A DNA stretch of 64,000 bases, taken from NCBI GenBank assembly GCA_963823655.1, contig CAWGMK010000006.1, positions 32,001-96,000 of the forward strand, written 5' to 3'. Positions 62,982 to 64,000 of the stretch are shown piece by piece. Both the position numbers and the translations under genes were made by a program. The stretch's first letter is position 1. Every line of letters starts with the position of its first letter. The notes beneath the pieces were generated by a model that saw nothing but the letters and a program-made list of their open reading frames with translations, was not told where the DNA came from and did no database searches. The stretch comes from an uncultured Bacillota bacterium (lineage in GTDB: Bacteria > Bacillota > DTU025 > MWDF01).

Positions 62982-63008
62982 TGGGTGCGCCGTTTCCCGG
63001 CGCACCCA
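62982..63008 (+). terminator. Intercistronic hairpin after tctC
   Basis: TGGGTGCGCCG..CGGCGCACCCA. Confidence 0.6.
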
Positions 63009-63030
63009 AATCACCCTTGGAGGCGATAAG

Positions 63031-63597
63031 ATGTCGATATCCTACTTCGCAGAGGGCACCGGCTTTGCTGTGATGCTTGCAGCCTTCTTCATTGCACTCG
63101 TCATCATAACTATAATAGTCTCCAGATCCAAACATGGCATACAGACGGGAAATATCGCCATATCAAGCTTCTTCATTTTGCTTGGTTTGGTCGTCTTGGT
63201 CCTTAGCACAGGGCTTCAGCAGTCTGCATTCATGGGAAATGAAGCCGCGATGATACCCAGGCTGTGGGCCTTTATCCTGATACCTTCGTCCATTTTCCTG
63301 ATATACCGCTCTTTTACTGGCTTTGAGGATGAGCCGGAGAAGGCAGGGCGGCTGGACAAAGTGGCAATAGTGGCAGTTACGCTGATGATTAGCGTCTTCC
63401 TTATGAAGTACCTGGGATACTTCCTGTGTTCCGGTGTATTCGTCTTCATCTGTATGTATGTGCTCGGCTATAAAAGGATCCTTCCGATGGTAGTCATCTC
63501 ATCGGCATGGGTCGCATTCGCCTATTTCATCTTCTACAGGCTGCTCTTCGTCGGACTTCCCATCGGAAGCCTTATGAAGGCTATTTTCAACATCTGA
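63031..63597 (+). CDS. tctB: Tripartite tricarboxylate transporter small subunit
   Basis: IPRLW, LGY, F.RLL.V.LP.G; position between tctC and tctA. Confidence 0.8.
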   Translation: MSISYFAEGTGFAVMLAAFFIALVIITIIVSRSKHGIQTGNIAISSFFILLGLVVLVLSTGLQQSAFMGNEAAMIPRLWAFILIPSSIFLIYRSFTGFEDEPEKAGRLDKVAIVAVTLMISVFLMKYLGYFLCSGVFVFICMYVLGYKRILPMVVISSAWVAFAYFIFYRLLFVGLPIGSLMKAIFNI

Positions 63598-63624
63598 TTC
63601 GATGGCAGCAAAGGAGTCTTAGAT

Positions 63625-64000
63625 ATGGTGCTCGTGAATTTGTACGAAGGGCTTCTGAGGATAATGAACCTGCAATCGATAGCGGCGATGACTGCAGGAG
63701 TTGTAGTGGGCATACTTGCCGGTGCCATGCCGGGCATCTCCCCATCCATGGGAGTTGCTCTGATGGTACCCTTCACTTTCAAAATGGATTCATCAACAGC
63801 CCTGATTTTCCTAGTGTCCATATATATCGCTGCAAACTACGGAGGGTCAATTACAGCAGTTACCATTAATACGCCGGGTACTCCGTCGGCCGTTGTTACG
63901 TCCTTCGACGGTTATCCGTTGGCACAGCAGGGCAAGGCAGGATAGGGCTTGGCGTTTCCCTGATCGCCTCAACTGTTGGAGGCCTTATAGGGGCAGTCAT
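63625..64000 (+). CDS. tctA: Tripartite tricarboxylate transporter large subunit (partial; frameshift near 63945)
   Basis: GAMPGI, YGGSITA..NTPGTP, DGYPLAQQGKAG; continues GLGVSLIASTVGG in another frame. Confidence 0.88.

Noticed and set aside
1-64000. CRISPR arrays, tRNA/rRNA, IS elements, prophage, REP-like repeat family
   Set aside because: None seen by eye; the intergenic hairpins differ in sequence and sit where terminators are expected

Overview
A gene-dense, moderately GC-rich bacterial window with strong Shine-Dalgarno sites. The host is probably an anaerobic amino-acid/peptide fermenter. It holds an OmpR/HK two-component pair, two periplasmic nucleotidases, Opp, Pot, TAXI-TRAP, ABC-2, Liv-type and Tct transporters, CorA, FolK, tryptophanase, a ferredoxin-AOR-MoaD operon that runs into a Ski2/HelY helicase, and a CYTH-like + Ppx/GppA + TctCBA unit. 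About 25-30 single-base frameshifts split genes and are most likely assembly indels. No rRNA, tRNA, CRISPR or IS element was seen. Three things stand out. (1) At 45.6-52.3 kb, a large secreted S8 protease ending in a T9SS/FlgD-type C-terminal domain appears co-transcribed with a PorV/UPF0164-like beta-barrel and is followed by two more outer-membrane barrels. This looks like a cargo-shuttle secretion module in a host that does not otherwise resemble Bacteroidota. (2) At 28-41 kb, a divergent cluster around a double-TetR regulator has two non-canonical FabH-like enzymes, a thiolase, a CoA-transferase, a ketoreductase, a Liv-type importer whose permease appears fused to an alpha/beta hydrolase, and a secreted hydrolase. 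It may take up hydroxy-acid esters or oligomers. (3) The CYTH/Ppx/Tct unit. All family calls come from motif recognition by eye; no searches were run.
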